A stretch of DNA of 64,000 nucleotides. Origin: Lingula anatina. Its lineage: Eukaryota; Animalia; Brachiopoda. A program made the position numbers and the translations under genes. Each line of letters starts with the position of its first letter. The stretch's first letter is position 1. A model generated the notes under the pieces. That model was not told where the DNA came from. It ran no database searches and saw only the letters and a list, made by a program, of their open reading frames with translations. Shown here in pieces: positions 50,001 to 64,000 of the stretch. The stretch is taken from NCBI GenBank assembly GCA_051362555.1, contig CM120648.1, positions 7,994,587 through 8,058,586 of the forward strand, given 5' to 3'.

Positions 50001-52961
50001 TAGTAGTGAAACTACGTACTGTTAACGTCAATGTCACCAAAATTTATAAACATGGAGGACCTGCTACTGGCCGGCGCCTATACTGTGTAGACTCCAACGC
50101 GGACGACTTCCTTTCAAGACTGCGGGGTCAAAACCCTGGGCTGACTGGTTTTTAACAAGAAATAATAATCTAAATGTGAATTAATTGTCATAATTAATTG
50201 CATGTAATGAGAATAAATCATATCAAATAAATCATTATCTACTTGAACATTGTATTAAGCCTACTATGCGGGTGACAAGTGAGTGGTTAGTCTAGTTTGT
50301 TTCGACGGGATATCATATGTTACTGATGACAGCAATAGTGGCGGGGAACAGGCGCTTGCCCCACCTGTGATGTGTGTGAAATTATGATATATACCATATC
50401 TATGTACATACATAGCTATGATATAGGTCTTAAGTCTTGTGCTTCTAATCTTGTAGACGTAAATACTTTGGGATGGAAATGTGCCTACATTCATTTCAAA
50501 ACGTCACTTCTTTGCGTGAAAAATGTAACTTGACTTCATACAAAGCCAAGTATAAAGAGAACAAGCAGTCTGCACAGAAAGCAAATATGTACTGAATCAA
50601 CGACCGATTTAAAAGATTTAAGTCAACTTGATTTTTTTTTTGTATTTTCAGAGTTTTTTTGTACGGCAATATGATATTTAAATTTCAGAGTTAAAATGTT
50701 GTATGTGCAAATGGACTGCGCAGCGAAAGAAGACTTTTCAAATCAAAATCGAATTCAGAGTTGTAACATTTTAAAATTGGGTGGGGTTTATCAGCACCAC
50801 GTATGAAGGTGACAGGCGCCTCACCGTTTTACCTTTAAGACTATGAAGTCACCCACACAAACTGGACCAGACAAAAAATAATAATCAAATATTAAACTAC
50901 TGACCTGATTGTTTTTAGCGAATTTTTCTCAAATCCTTCAGCACAAAGATACGGTCTCTACATTACCGATGCGAACCTGACAACACACAGTATTTTGTTT
51001 CGACGCTACAATCTCTTGTATGATCTCTATGGAGTCGAAGAAATGTGAGAACGCTATATACGGTCGTCTCGAAGCACTGTCACCGAGTTGCCGAAGAGTC
51101 TGTAAGATGCAGGCTGGTGACACTTTAACACTTGTTAAAGACCCTACAGCTGCGTTTAACCAGCCACGCTCCCGCAGAAGTCATGACCTCTTCTCGTGTG
51201 TGATCGGAGAGAATACGGAGATGACCGACATGAGAACGTCTGCTATTTTGCTCGCAGAAAACTAAGGTAAAATGTACTGCGACAAAATCGTTATCACAAG
51301 GTTACGGATCACGCTAGGAAACTGTTCAAGGTGGTCAATTTTTTTCTGGGGAGTGCAGATGCCCCAAAGTTGCTTGAGAAGAAAAATATTTATAACTTCA
51401 TGCAGATCAAAATTATGTGATATGTCATTCTGTCTTATGGTTTTCAAGTCTGCCAGAAATTGTTCTATAAAGAAGCATTTACATTTAAGACCCGGAATAA
51501 ATAAATGGCGAGATATATTTAGTGAAAATTGATGTTGATTTTGCTGAGCGTCCATTGTCAACATCACTTTTTTCATTTTTACAAAACGCTTTATCTACGC
51601 CAGTTTTATAAACTTCTCTTTTGTGGTACCACGGGTTACCTCGAATTAAAGTACCAAATTAAAATGTTTAATCGTGGCATATTCAATTCATAAATTAAAA
51701 TAGTTCTCAGTCACCAAGCTATTTTGATGCAACACATTTGCCTCCTAAATTATCAAATGTAAACCTATCTTAAACAGAAAAGCGATGAAAATTAATTTTT
51801 CCTTTCCTCTCCCCGAAGGCAATGGTACATGCATTACGCTCTCTTACCTGAGGATAATAATATCGATATACGGGGATTAAACACCTCTCGAATAAACAAA
51901 TATCATCGAATTAATAAGATTCGCGCGGAAAAGCTTTTGGCCAGTGTCAATATTAGTCAAATCAGAAAGAAAAGAACGCGCTTCGATTTATCGCCCAAAA
52001 CAAACAAACGGTTCAAAAACGAATTAAAGGCTTTGGCAGGTGCCTTGCATTTTGTTGTAATGGACAATGACATCTATTATGGGTAATTGAATGCTATATT
52101 TTGATAGTTGTTACTGTCGAAGTGACAAAGTCAAAAGAGTTGAAATATTCGTTGTAGGGTATCAGTACACACACCTGTAGGGCCTACTATACTTACTCTG
52201 CACTGGACACAATTGGTATTTTGTGACACTTCCATCGCACCAAATATTCTTTTATCGATGCAAAATATAGGAAGCGTTGAACTGATTTATCGAACTTTCC
52301 GGTGAACGGAAAGGGTATGACATCTCCTGTTTGTTTGATTAACTTAATTTAATATTTTTCCAGGTTGCTCTTTTTGTGAGTTCAAATCTTAAATAGTTCT
52401 TTATATGAAACGAAAAATAAAAGCAGTGAGAAAAAAGGCCATGCTGGGACTACAGACTAAACTGACTGAAGGCTTCAAATGTTTGAAAATAATGCTTACA
52501 TAGGGCCTCTGTTCCCCGATATGTTCGATCTTCAGGACGAAGTCAAAAGCATATGACCCATCTCGAATACACCGAAGGCTGCCAAAAATTTGAATCTAAA
52601 TTCAAATGTTTGAATCACTGATGACCTAATCGGTCATTAAACTACAGTGGTTTTGGCATTAGGATTTAGGATTTAACCTGATGTAGTATAGATATATTCT
52701 CGTTACGGATGACATTATATTTCAAAATAGCGTAGGTTTCTTGACTTGATCTTTGCATAATACAATCTAACTGTGCTATTACACTGCTTTGTGACTGCTC
52801 TGACTTTTCGCGTCGTAAGTTAAAACGTTATTTTTTTCAATAATAAGGTGCTAATTTTTGCCATCTTTCTTTCTATTTTGTTTTTTAAAAAGATATCTGA
52901 TAACTTAAGTGACAAGAATATATTAGTTGACGAAAAACCACACGAGCAATTAAGTGGAGGT

Positions 52962-52963
<2 letters not shown>

Positions 52964-53001
<38 letters not shown>
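52964..53001. repeat. (CT)n tract in the SF3B4 promoter
   Basis: Directly visible about 75 nt upstream of the ATG. Confidence 0.9.
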
Positions 53002-53002
<1 letters not shown>

Positions 53003-53073
53003 AACATAGAATGCGTATTGTCTTGGCTTCCTGGTGGCTGGCCTCGATATCAATGTAAGCGTGGATAACCAAC

Positions 53074-56000
53074 ATGGCGGCGGGTCCGATCGCCGAACGT
53101 AATCAAGGTAAGTTTTTCGACATATCTGTTCAGTTAGAGAGAGGAGTTGTGTACACTTGCTTTGTATAGCATCAGAGAAACAACAGCAAATAGATTAAGT
53201 GCTTCATTAAGACCATTATTGTGCACTCTGCTACAGACTCAGTTGTCTTTGCCGGTTGCATTATTTACAATACCATGGGATTTTCCTTGTTATACTTTTT
53301 GTTAAAATTTTCATAAATTTTGTAGACTCATTTTCGAATATTTATCCATTACTTGGTCTAAAATACAGGCACATGATGAGGATATATCCTTATCATTTTT
53401 AGATTTTTTGTGTACATTTACCCTTTTAACTTTAACTTAAATTAAACAACTGACGTTAAATGTGTAAGTATAATTATAATAATAATAGTATTAATAATAA
53501 TAATCCCGAGTTAGTAGTATTTGTACTTATTATTACATGTCCGATAAAAGAAATGCTAGATCTGTTCTTTATTACTTTCATTAATTTGCCCATACCTTGC
53601 TTTGATTACAGATGCCACAGTATATGTTGGTGGACTTGATGACAAGGTGTCAGAAGCAATCCTATGGGAATTATTCCTACAAGCTGGTCCTGTGGGTAGG
53701 TAGTGACAGAAAAAAAAGATTGTCCCTTCAATTGCGCTATTCCAGTGAGTGTCAAAGACGCAACACAAATGCACAAGATACACATGAGAATCGCAGTGTG
53801 TACACGCATGCATACTCACACTCACACACACACACTGTTTACATATATTTGTTATTTTTTTGTGTTATTTCAGTGAATGTCCACATGTCCAAGGACTATG
53901 TGACATAAACACACTATAAACTTATGGGAATCAAAGCACGCACACGTGCACTTACACACACACTGACACACTATTTATAAATATTTGTTACTTTTTTGTG
54001 TTATTCCAGTGAATGTCCATATGCCTAAGGACCGCGTGACACAAACACACCAGGGATATGGTTTCATTGAGTTCTTGGGAGAAGAGGATGCAGATTATGC
54101 CATTAAAATTATGAATATGATCAAATTATATGGGAAACCAATAAGAGTGAATAAGGTAATAGTTTTTTGCATGTAATCGTTCATGGACTAGCAAATTTAC
54201 TTTTCTGTTGTAAGCTTTTACTTGTGTTCTCATTTTGATCGGTATATGGAATGGTGTGAAGCAGATAGTTAGTTTAATATACAGCCTGGGTGAATTCCTG
54301 TTTAAGAAACTAGAAACTCTTATTCTAGCAACCTGATTATAATTATTATTATTGAATATTATTCAAGACTATTACATATTGAATTATTTCAAAGACAAAG
54401 TTTGCATGAATGAGATGAAAACTTTAATATCATGACTTTCTTTTCCCAGGCCTCAGCACACCAGAAGAATTTGGACGTGGGTGCCAACATCTTCATAGGC
54501 AATCTGGACCCTGAGGTCGATGAAAAACTGTTGTATGACACATTTAGTGCATTTGGAGTGATTCTTCAGACTCCCAAAGTGAGTGGAATTTCTCATGTAA
54601 TGCAATAAAATAAAGGAAAGAATAAAGAAAGTCATTTTGAAAATTATGTTGAATGAAGAAAAAATGAGAAAATTAATGTATCATTTAATAAATAGGAAGA
54701 CATTATTATATTGTAGTTTGTAAAATTTACTTTTGTTATTCAGATTATGAGAGATCCAGATACGGGGAACTCAAAAGGCTATGCTTTCATCAACTTTGCT
54801 AATTTTGACGCCTCTGATGCAGCGATAGAAGCAATGAATGGCCAATACTTGTGTAACAGAGCAATCACGATATCGTACGCCTTCAAGAAAGATTCCAAGG
54901 GAGAGAGACATGGATCTGCAGCAGGTAACTTATCTCCTGGGCCATTATTTTTAGAATAACGCGAGCTGTGACAAATACAGAGCATTTGAGAAATGGACTT
55001 TTTTACAGTGATCTTATTTTCCCTCCATTTGCAAAGTTTATTTTTATTCATTAATAGGTAGACCAAAGTTAATACTACTTATAAAAATTTATGAATAAAT
55101 ATTAATGAAAAAAATACGGCCAAACTTGGAAAGGGGTCTGTCAGAGCTGTCACCAAAACATAAATGCATTAGCATTATGGGATGGACAATAACATTATGG
55201 GATGCACCAAAGCTCAGTCTATACATAAGTTGAAGAACTCTTGTCACTGGCACCAAGTATCAAACTATCAACTATTTCAAGCAATCTGAAGTGAAGTTGG
55301 CTTGCAAAACCTGGGTTTTAGAAACTAAATCATTTTTCAAAGAATAAATTGTTGTTTATGAACAGTATGTACTTAATGATTCTGTGTAAAATTTGAGGGA
55401 TAGCATTTTTTGTCCAAATTATATCCAGTGAAAAAATATAACAGTATGTAATGACTGGCCGGTGTAGACCCAGGGTCAATAGTGGTAGAGCTCTTGCATG
55501 AAGTGAGTGTCCTGGATTGGATCCTTGGTCACTATTCAGGCATTTTCCCTCAAATTGTTACAAATATAACATAATTGTATACTGATATTTAAATTTTATT
55601 TCAAATTCTCTTTACAGAGCGCCTTCTGGCAGCCCAGAACCCCCTAGCGCAGGCAGACAGACCTCACCAGCTGTTTGCTGATGCGCCGCCACCCCCTGCT
55701 GCACCTGCAGCCCCGGCTATTCCATCAATGGCGCCTCCACCCCCTCCTCCATCCAGTGTGGGACCTCCCTCTGGTGTTCCTCCACCTCCTATGGGAAGTA
55801 AGTGTCAATGATCCATATCTTTATCCAGACATTTTCTAGAACTTTGGTTGCTACTGCTTAGTGAAATCCATATCAGAAGAGAAGAATGTCAATGTTACTA
55901 GTTTCTGGTTGTTGGGGTGTTTAAAAAATACAATCTGCAAAGGCTCATTTTAATTTTTTCTGTAAAATGATAAGTTTTTTATTTTTGTTTCAGTGCACCC

Positions 56001-56785
56001 ATCAATGACAGGTGCCCCGCCCCCACCATTTCCCCCACCACCAGGGGGGATGCCTATGCCACCACCCCCTGTGCCACCCCCTGGAGGAATGGGCGGATAC
56101 CCACACCCTCCGATGGGAGTGCCACCCCCAGGTGAGAATATTTATTATACCTGTTCTTGTTGTTGATATGTACTGTATAAATTTTGCGTATAAGCCATGG
56201 TTGTAACTATGATACAAAACTGTCCACAGTACAGTAACTATCATAGTATGTTGGAATATTAATATATTTTGTGCAATGTGAATATCTTTACTGAACAATT
56301 AAAAGGTTGGTTTTAAGTGCACTTCAAAACTGACTGAATAAGTCCCATTGATAGAAGACTTTTTCCTCACTCTTATTGCCAGTGTCAAAATATAATAGCA
56401 TATCTATATTGTTTGTGCAGTGTTCATTTTTCCTTTTTTGGATGAGAAGTAAAAGATAAATATTTGCAAACTGATAGCATTTAAAGTTAAGAATATTTGA
56501 CCTAATTAATAGGACATAGCATATGTTGAGATGTAAAAATAAATATCTACTGTAGAATTGACATTTTCTTCTTTTAAACTAGGTGGAATGCCACCACCTT
56601 TTCCGCCACCTCCAAGACAACCCCCACCCCCAACGTCTGGAGCTCCAACAAGTTCAGCAGGTGGGGCCTCCAATAACAACCAGCCCCCACCGCCTCCTAG
56701 GCCACCTGGTGAGTAGACATCAAACTAAAAGACAGGCCAATAAATGAATAAGTGTGTGTGTTTGTGTGTGTGTGTGTGTGTGTGT

Positions 56786-56848
<63 letters not shown>

Positions 56849-57283
56849 TGAAAGGTATATATGTTGATAGATTGTTCTCTGAAATTAATGACTGAATGAA
56901 ATGAAAATCACAGTCATGTTTTTCATTGCACATTTTAGGAAAATAAAAAGATAAACAATTAATAAATAAAATAAATGTATTTATCAATTGTAATTGCAGG
57001 TTTAAATAGTATATTTGTGGCATGGAGCATATTAATGAGTCTGACTATTTTCAGGTCCACCGCCTCCAGGTTGGAACCAGGGGTGGAACATGGGACCTAT
57101 GGGTCCCCCCGGCATGCCACCCCCTCCCGGGATGAGACCTCCCCCTGGATGGAGAGGACCACCCCCCAGAGGACCACCTCCACCATTTAGTGAGTACATT
57201 TGTTATTCTCTCTTTCACTGTTTGCACTGAAACCACTTTTTTCTGCTTGTGCTAAAGCCACTCCCCCCCTCTCTCTCTCTCTT

Positions 57284-57322
<39 letters not shown>

Positions 57323-57780
57323 TTGTGATAAATCTTTCTCTCTCTGTAATGTTTACTAAGGGTAATTTGTGTAAATAATTTGTATGAATATACTTCTGCT
57401 ACATGGACTTCACACATAATATCTTCATATGAACTGTTCACACACCTATAACATACTTAATCTGACAGTCCCAGTCCCTCCAAAAATACTTCATACAGCC
57501 AGACTGTTTGAATATCGAGATACGCAATAGTATAGGGTTATGGGCTGGACAATTACACAATGGGATATTTATTGCTGCCACGATTTTTGATCAAAACTTC
57601 CAATTTTTTCTTCCAGTGCGCGGACCCCCACCTCGTGGGATGCCGCCCCCCAGGGGCATGAGACCCCCACCCCCAAGAGGACCCCCAGGAATGCGACCCC
57701 CTCCCCCACCACCGCCACCAGCTCCTCCAAGACAACCGAACAACAACAGCAGCAGCAGCAACAACAGCACCAGTTGGTGA
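53074..57780 (+). CDS. SF3B4: Splicing factor 3B subunit 4 (SAP49), 10 exons
   Basis: [61 protein letters not shown]...[36 protein letters not shown]...[16 protein letters not shown] plus Pro-rich tail; exons approx. 53074-53107, 53612-53695, 54010-54155, 54450-54578, 54744-54924, 55618-55797, 55994-56131, 56583-56708, 57055-57189, 57617-57780. Confidence 0.97.
55457..55550 (+). mobile_element. Possible degenerate tRNA-derived SINE head
   Basis: Box A-like tagtggtagagc and box B-like ggattggatcc at tRNA-like spacing; no full cloverleaf. Confidence 0.3.
56752..56843. repeat. (GT)n microsatellite; similar tracts at 1371-1453 and 11518-11560
   Basis: Directly visible. Confidence 0.95.
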
Positions 57781-60498
57781 TCAGGTTGATATGTGAAGTG
57801 ACAGAGGCCTTTGAATCCCTCAGTTTTGAGAGAAACTGGGTTATGATACAGTGGCTTAACTGGGACAAACAGGTCTCTGTGTAGATACAAAAGAGATACT
57901 TTTTTCTAAAAGGCAGCTGATATTTACTCCGTCTACATTTGAGAATGTGACAGTTTGCTTTTTAAGGCAGAGACGTAGTGGAACTGTGAACTGATGGAGA
58001 GAAACAAATACTTATTCTGATGGAAATTCATCTATGGATTTGTCTAAAGTTATTACAATTTAAGTTAAAACAGTCTAATTTGTACAAGGTTTTCTGGAAG
58101 CCACTTTCAGACTTTTCAGTCTCACTAAAGATATTTATATGTTTAGAGATAGGCATATTAAGTTTCAGAACTGTACACTTGAAAGAGGAAATTGTTTGGA
58201 GGTGTGAAGCCCAAGTGATGTTACTTTTCTCTTGTGTGACAAGACTCGGTTCAGGGACCAAGTGTATTGTATGGGAATGAACAGAAAGATAAAAACTATT
58301 GTTATTTCAAAAAATTGTGTGATTATTTGTCACATAGACTGTAATTATATTAAAATATTACATGTTTATCCTTACTGCAGGATGGGGCTGCTACTTTTTA
58401 CTGTTCTTTTAAGAACTTCAAAAATGTGCCCTTTTCAAAATGAGATATGACAATTGTATTTCAATTTGATTTCTTCTGTTGTCATTGTCATCATGAAATG
58501 GAGGCTACAGTGCTTCTCAATAGTAAACCTTGCGTACTGACCTTGAAAGCTGAGGTTCTTTCTTTCATTAATGAGTAAAATTTGCTGAAAACCTAGTATT
58601 GAAAAACAAACACCAGTGCATGATTTTCAGAATCTTTATTACAATACCTCATACAGACTGTTTGATTGTAACAAGATAGACAATAGCATTATGGGATGGA
58701 CAATAATATTTTGGGATGGAGCAGGACAGGCTTTTGATCAATTATTCACATTTGCTCTGTTTATTTTACATTGGAATAAAAAAAAGCCATAATGTGCAAA
58801 AGATTTAATTTAATATAAGTGAAGAATTCATCTTCCTGGCTTTTGAACTTTTATAAGCCTACATGCAAGTCATGTAAAATTTTGTTTCATGTATTTTGAA
58901 ATGCTGACTTTCATAATGCTGCTTTCACAATTGTTGTACCAGAATTAACAATTCTGTGTGAAATTAGTTCTTCAAAATATTTTGAAGAATATTTTCCTTT
59001 TTATATTACTCTCCCATGTAGTGCCCCCCCCCCCTTCCCAGCATCTTTACAAATCATAAGTGAGCTGTACAGGGTATAATAACAACAATATTACAGACAG
59101 AAAAATAAATTTTCTGGAAGATAGATATTTACAATACATAATGTACAGTTTTAATAAATATGGAATTAATGAAAAAGAACACAAAATATGGCAGCAAAAA
59201 TCTTGAAGTTTGACAGATATCCACCAGCTTTAAGATAACACCACGAGAAAGTGACTGTGCATTACTCTTTGTGTCACCCGCTGATTTAAATATTTTTAAA
59301 AAGTTGCCACTCTGACGCAGTGACATTTAAATAGCGTTACTTAGTATTAATGCACAGCATACAATTTATGGTAATGACATAACCAACTGTCTATTGTGCA
59401 GTGATTAAGCAGTTTTACTTTTGTAAATGCCATTTGGTTACAAGTCCAGCATAGTCCAAGGGTCATCTGTGACAACTCAGTTAAACTGAATTTTAAAAGG
59501 AGTGTTTAAAAACCTCTATTTTATTGTTGCATTTTTTTATCTTTAAAACTAATCAGGTTCAACCTATAAAGAGGATGCAATTATTTAAAATTATTTATGC
59601 TCTTAAAATGCAGTAAAACAATTTGCTTCACAAAGGATATTTACTTTGCCACATAAATCCATATTCAGCAAACACAGATACTACAACCAATGTGCACCTG
59701 AATATTACAATTTGTGTTTAAAACATAATTACTTTTAAAAATGCAACAACAGAAAGATGAGAGGATTGTGATTATAAGCTTGTCCCATACACTATCATTA
59801 GCTCATATTTTCACCAACCCAGAACCATTATTAATCACAATTTTTTCACTTCTCACAGCCACTTTTGCTTTGTGAATTGGCTTGGACTAGTGCAAAACCC
59901 ATTTTCAGTGGACAATATGACTCATTTATCAATTATATCAATCATTATTTAATCATTATTATTATAATTAAAATACTTGAGCAGCATTCTTATGTAAAGT
60001 CTGCCAGATGAGATTGTCTTCTTCATTTGGAACAGAGGTGTCCATACTTCTTCAAGATTACTTTGCTTGGTCACCACTTAGAACTGGCATTTCAGATGTT
60101 TCTCTTAATTTTGCAAAGGATGTCCTCAAAGAATGTCTATTCCTTTGCTTTAATTCAAAGAGAAAACCCCACAGGTATGTCTGAGAAGTTCATTATTCAA
60201 ACATTGTCTCCTGTTTTCCTATCTGAATGATTGAAAGTCCATTTTCACATGTTCATTGTCACCTCTGGTGTCAAACTTGAACAAGATGTGTCTGTGATTC
60301 AAAGAAACTTTGTTGCTCTCCTTTTAAAGTTTTCAGTGAAAGAAAACTGTTTGTTAGCCCCCTACAACAAATAGCTTCAATATTGTCCAAGGTCAACTGC
60401 TTTCACTTGTGGTGAAAACTGTTTGTTAAGATGAATCTGCCTAGGAAAATATATTCATTACCAGCTAGACAACACAGCTTTGGCTTATGGTCATGTGA

Positions 60499-63400
60499 TC
60501 ACACAGTTGCCTCGGGACTAATGTCCGCCATAACTGTCCGTAACCTGTGGATCTCTTTGTGCGCTGTTTGCAACTCTGTTGAAAGACGGATTTCTTTCTC
60601 TTTTAATTTTTTGATTTCTTTCTGATTTGTCTGAAAGTTGAAAAATGACAATGTACGTTACACAAATAATCAATGCATTCTTGTTAATACTCTAAAATTA
60701 TCAAGTTCCCTTCAAATCAAATGTCACAGGAGGTAATTGCCACTTCATTTTCAGAGGAACTAAAACTTCCGGGAAATAATGTTACATATTCAAATCACCA
60801 ATAATCACCTAGTAACTGTTAAAAGTAATTACATGTATTGTACATTGACAAAAGTCTTTTCAGAAAATGCCCACAATTCAGCACTTCATTATTTCACAGT
60901 TTATCCACAGTTTAAAAATATTCTACAGCTTTCTGCAGAAATAGTCTTTTGATCTTAGGGTGCTTTCCCAGAGATTTAGATCGATCTAAAGATTAAGTTT
61001 TAGATCGACCTAAATCCCTGGGGGTTCACGCTAAATTGCAGTCAGCCGAGCGGGCACCACAGTTAATTACCCCCTTACAGCTTTTAGTAGGCGGGACAGA
61101 CGCTTAAGCCGGCCAAGCTGACAGTAATCTAGTGAGACTCCCCACAGGGATAGATCGATCTAAAAATCTATGGAAATAGGGTGTTACTTAAAGAAAATAA
61201 TGTTTTAATTCTTACCGCATTTTGCTTTAGTAGGTCCGATTTCTCATGCTTCAGTTTGCCAATGTCCACTTTCAGAACTTCTATCTGCTTTAATATATCT
61301 GTAAACAAATAAAAGGACAAACTTTTACAATTAATTGAAAAATGCTACAAAAATGCTTTTTCAGTTAAAACATGAAACTAAATGATGTGCCATAGAATTG
61401 AAATTCATTCTTCAGCTAAGGTGATTTCACTTAGAATAGATTCAGATGAAATGATAAACTTGCATCAAAGTATTTTTATCCAATTTAATACTTCTTTTCA
61501 AAATCAATTCTTTTACAAATCATTCTCAAAACTTACAAATGGTACACCTACCTTCATCTGTCATATATGCTAAACTTGAGTGGTCCTCACTGAAGCTGTG
61601 TGAAAAGGATATTCTTTTACAATTTGGGGTCTCAGCAGACGACATGCTCTCCTAAAATGACAAATATAAAAATAGTAAAACCACCTGTCTCATAGTCACA
61701 ATATCATTTACAATGTTTAATTTACTTTGCTGGGAAGCACTTAGACTAATTGGCACTGAGCAGTTCAAGGAAAGCAACCACCCACAAACCCATTCACACA
61801 CCCACGTCCTTATCTGCTCATCTACCTACAAAACACATTTTACTTCGCTTCCCCCCCCACCTACTTGCTCATTCTGTAGTTTACTTGCTTTCCATCTACT
61901 ACCTTCTACTTATATCCACCCAGACAACCCACAACCAGACACCCCACAAACCCATTTACTCCCCCACCCACCCCACCTTCATTAAACACCCATCTGCCCA
62001 CCTACCCACCCACCCCAACCACTCACTCACTCACCCAACCACTTTTCTCACTCACTGAGTTATAAATAATCTTTTATTGTTATCTGTTTTCCCTTACCAG
62101 TCCTGTGTCAGAGTCATCATGATCATGAATAAACTGCTGTTCCACAATTCCTTCATCTATAATGCTGTTGAAACTACTGGTAGAGTTGGAGGGAGATATC
62201 TGCATTTTGCTTTGACTTTGTCTGTAACACAAGGAAATTATTTTATTAATCAAATTCGTTTTAACTAATTATACCAACTCATAATTTATTCTTTAGTTCT
62301 CATAAGAAGATGATATAATGCTATATGACTTGCCCCCTTCTTAAATAAACTTTATTTAAAAAAAGGGCTCACTATCAGCTCTGTTAGAGAAGCTATGAGG
62401 AAAGGGGACTACAGGTCCAAATTGACTGATTGTAACTGTTTATAAAAAATCTGAACAAATGTAACTCACCTTGATTTTCCACTACTTCCTTGACTAGAGG
62501 CTGGGCTGGAGGGGGGACTGCAGGTCTTAAACGACTGATTGATACTGCTTGCACTTGGACTGTCTGATAAACGACATTGGCAGCTGCTACAAACAAATAT
62601 TTCAAAAGGTGAATACTTTTTTTCCTTTTCACATTTTCATAATTTTTGTACAGTGCTGAGCCTTATTTTGCTCAAGTAAAGAAATTCAGTATCTGAATTC
62701 TGCCTTGTATCTATGTCAGATATCGAGGAGAATGCTTACCTTTTATCTGAACTGCTATCTTTTTCTTTCCTGTCAAAGGCTGCACTAGAGAAGCGACGTG
62801 CCAAACTCTTCATTGCTTTCTTGCCCTAGATAGAATAATAATTGGTTAAAATATTTCATTTGAGAATTTTGATATCTTGGAAACTGAATTTAGAGAAAAA
62901 AGCATATGATTAAGCTTACTAGTATCTTTTGTACATTAATAGGCTAACATGATGTTTGTCCTGTTACAGTTTATTTGACTTGAACAATGTAAACAGTGTC
63001 AAACAGATTGACAGATAAAATGTAGAAAGTAAACAAAATAACATTATAAAAATAAAACAGGACTTACTGCAGATGGGGACTTGTTTGTCTCTCCCACTGT
63101 TGCTAGAGGAGAGGGTGGGGCAAGTACTGATTTTCTTGACGCTTGCAAGGAACTAGTATCTATCGTCTGCGTACGCACTCGCCCAGTCAGTTTTTTAAAT
63201 GTTTCCACCAATCGGCTGCTTTCTGTCTTTCCATTGATTGGGTACGATAACAGTGACGTGTTCTTTCTCAGCAAGTCTTGATACAGCGTTTCTAGCAAGG
63301 CTGCCCGAGTTCGATCCTGAAAGTTGAATGTTACATTTTTTAAAAATTCGTTTTAAGATTAATCGTTATCAATATGAATGTACAATAATAAACTATTTGC

Positions 63401-63863
63401 AAATAAGTTTAGGATTAATTTTTACATACATAGAAAACATAACTCATAAAGAGATTAATTATAACCTATTTGAAAATATAATTCTTTTGAAGACAAAAAG
63501 AATTAATCTGTTCATACACTCATCACTAATAAAAGTCAACATCTCTTCCTATAATGAGTACTGTTATTTCTTTCAAGTCTTTACTTATGTGAAATCTTTC
63601 AAACAAATATACTGGCAAACTTGGCTTTTAGATTCAAACTTACATTCAGTTTGGCAAAAGTCTGGGCCTTATAACATGAATTTTCTGCATTTATCAGTTT
63701 GGTCAGCAGAAATTCTCTGAATTCTGGTCCCTGAAATTATTCAAATAACAACAATAAATAAATGTGGAAATTATTTCTGACATTAATGGAAATAACTTCA
63801 TAACCTCATAATTGATTATGAATATCAGATTAAGGAACTTGTGATATTTTGAAGGCATATGAT

Positions 63864-63898
<35 letters not shown>

Positions 63899-63973
63899 TA
63901 CCTTTACAATCACAGCAGGTGAAGGTAGCGTTGGTCCAAAAAATGGGACATCATCTCTTGCTGTTACAGACAC
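60499..63973 (-). CDS. RAP1GAP: Rap1 GTPase-activating protein, 3' exons only (gene continues beyond the window end)
   Basis: [24 protein letters not shown] | [29 protein letters not shown] | [15 protein letters not shown] is the end of the Rap-GAP domain; then Ser-rich exons and a coiled coil ending ...DISPEATV* at 60499. Confidence 0.92.
60958..61183 (-). mobile_element. PIF/Harbinger-like MITE, copy B, in the last Rap1GAP intron
   Basis: Reverse complement of 49775-50000 with TTA on both flanks. Confidence 0.8.
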
Positions 63974-64000
63974 CTGGAAGCAACAATCAAATGCAAGTCA

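Noticed and set aside
55457-55550. tRNA gene
   Set aside because: No complete cloverleaf; kept only as a low-confidence SINE remnant

Overview
AT-rich, intron-rich eukaryotic DNA, most consistent with a marine invertebrate; the taxon cannot be fixed from sequence alone. Gene models were spliced by hand from GT-AG signals and frame continuity. In order: (1) a tandem cluster of three 3-exon genes for small secreted 10-cysteine WAP-like peptides, the third a chimera of the first two and carrying a 1.66-kb palindromic Tc1 foldback element in intron 2; (2) a 17-coding-exon secreted proteinase K-type S8A subtilase (+); (3) a 9-exon transcobalamin/intrinsic factor-family cobalamin binder (-); (4) two tandem TRIM-NHL genes (-), one with its last exon beyond a 5.3-kb intron filled by an internally triplicated Helentron-type element; (5) an uncharacterised Cys/His-rich protein gene (-); (6) SF3B4 (+), whose exon-3 acceptor is triplicated; (7) the 3' part of a Rap1GAP gene (-). 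Several MITEs and microsatellites are present. No rRNA, tRNA genes or CRISPR arrays were seen.
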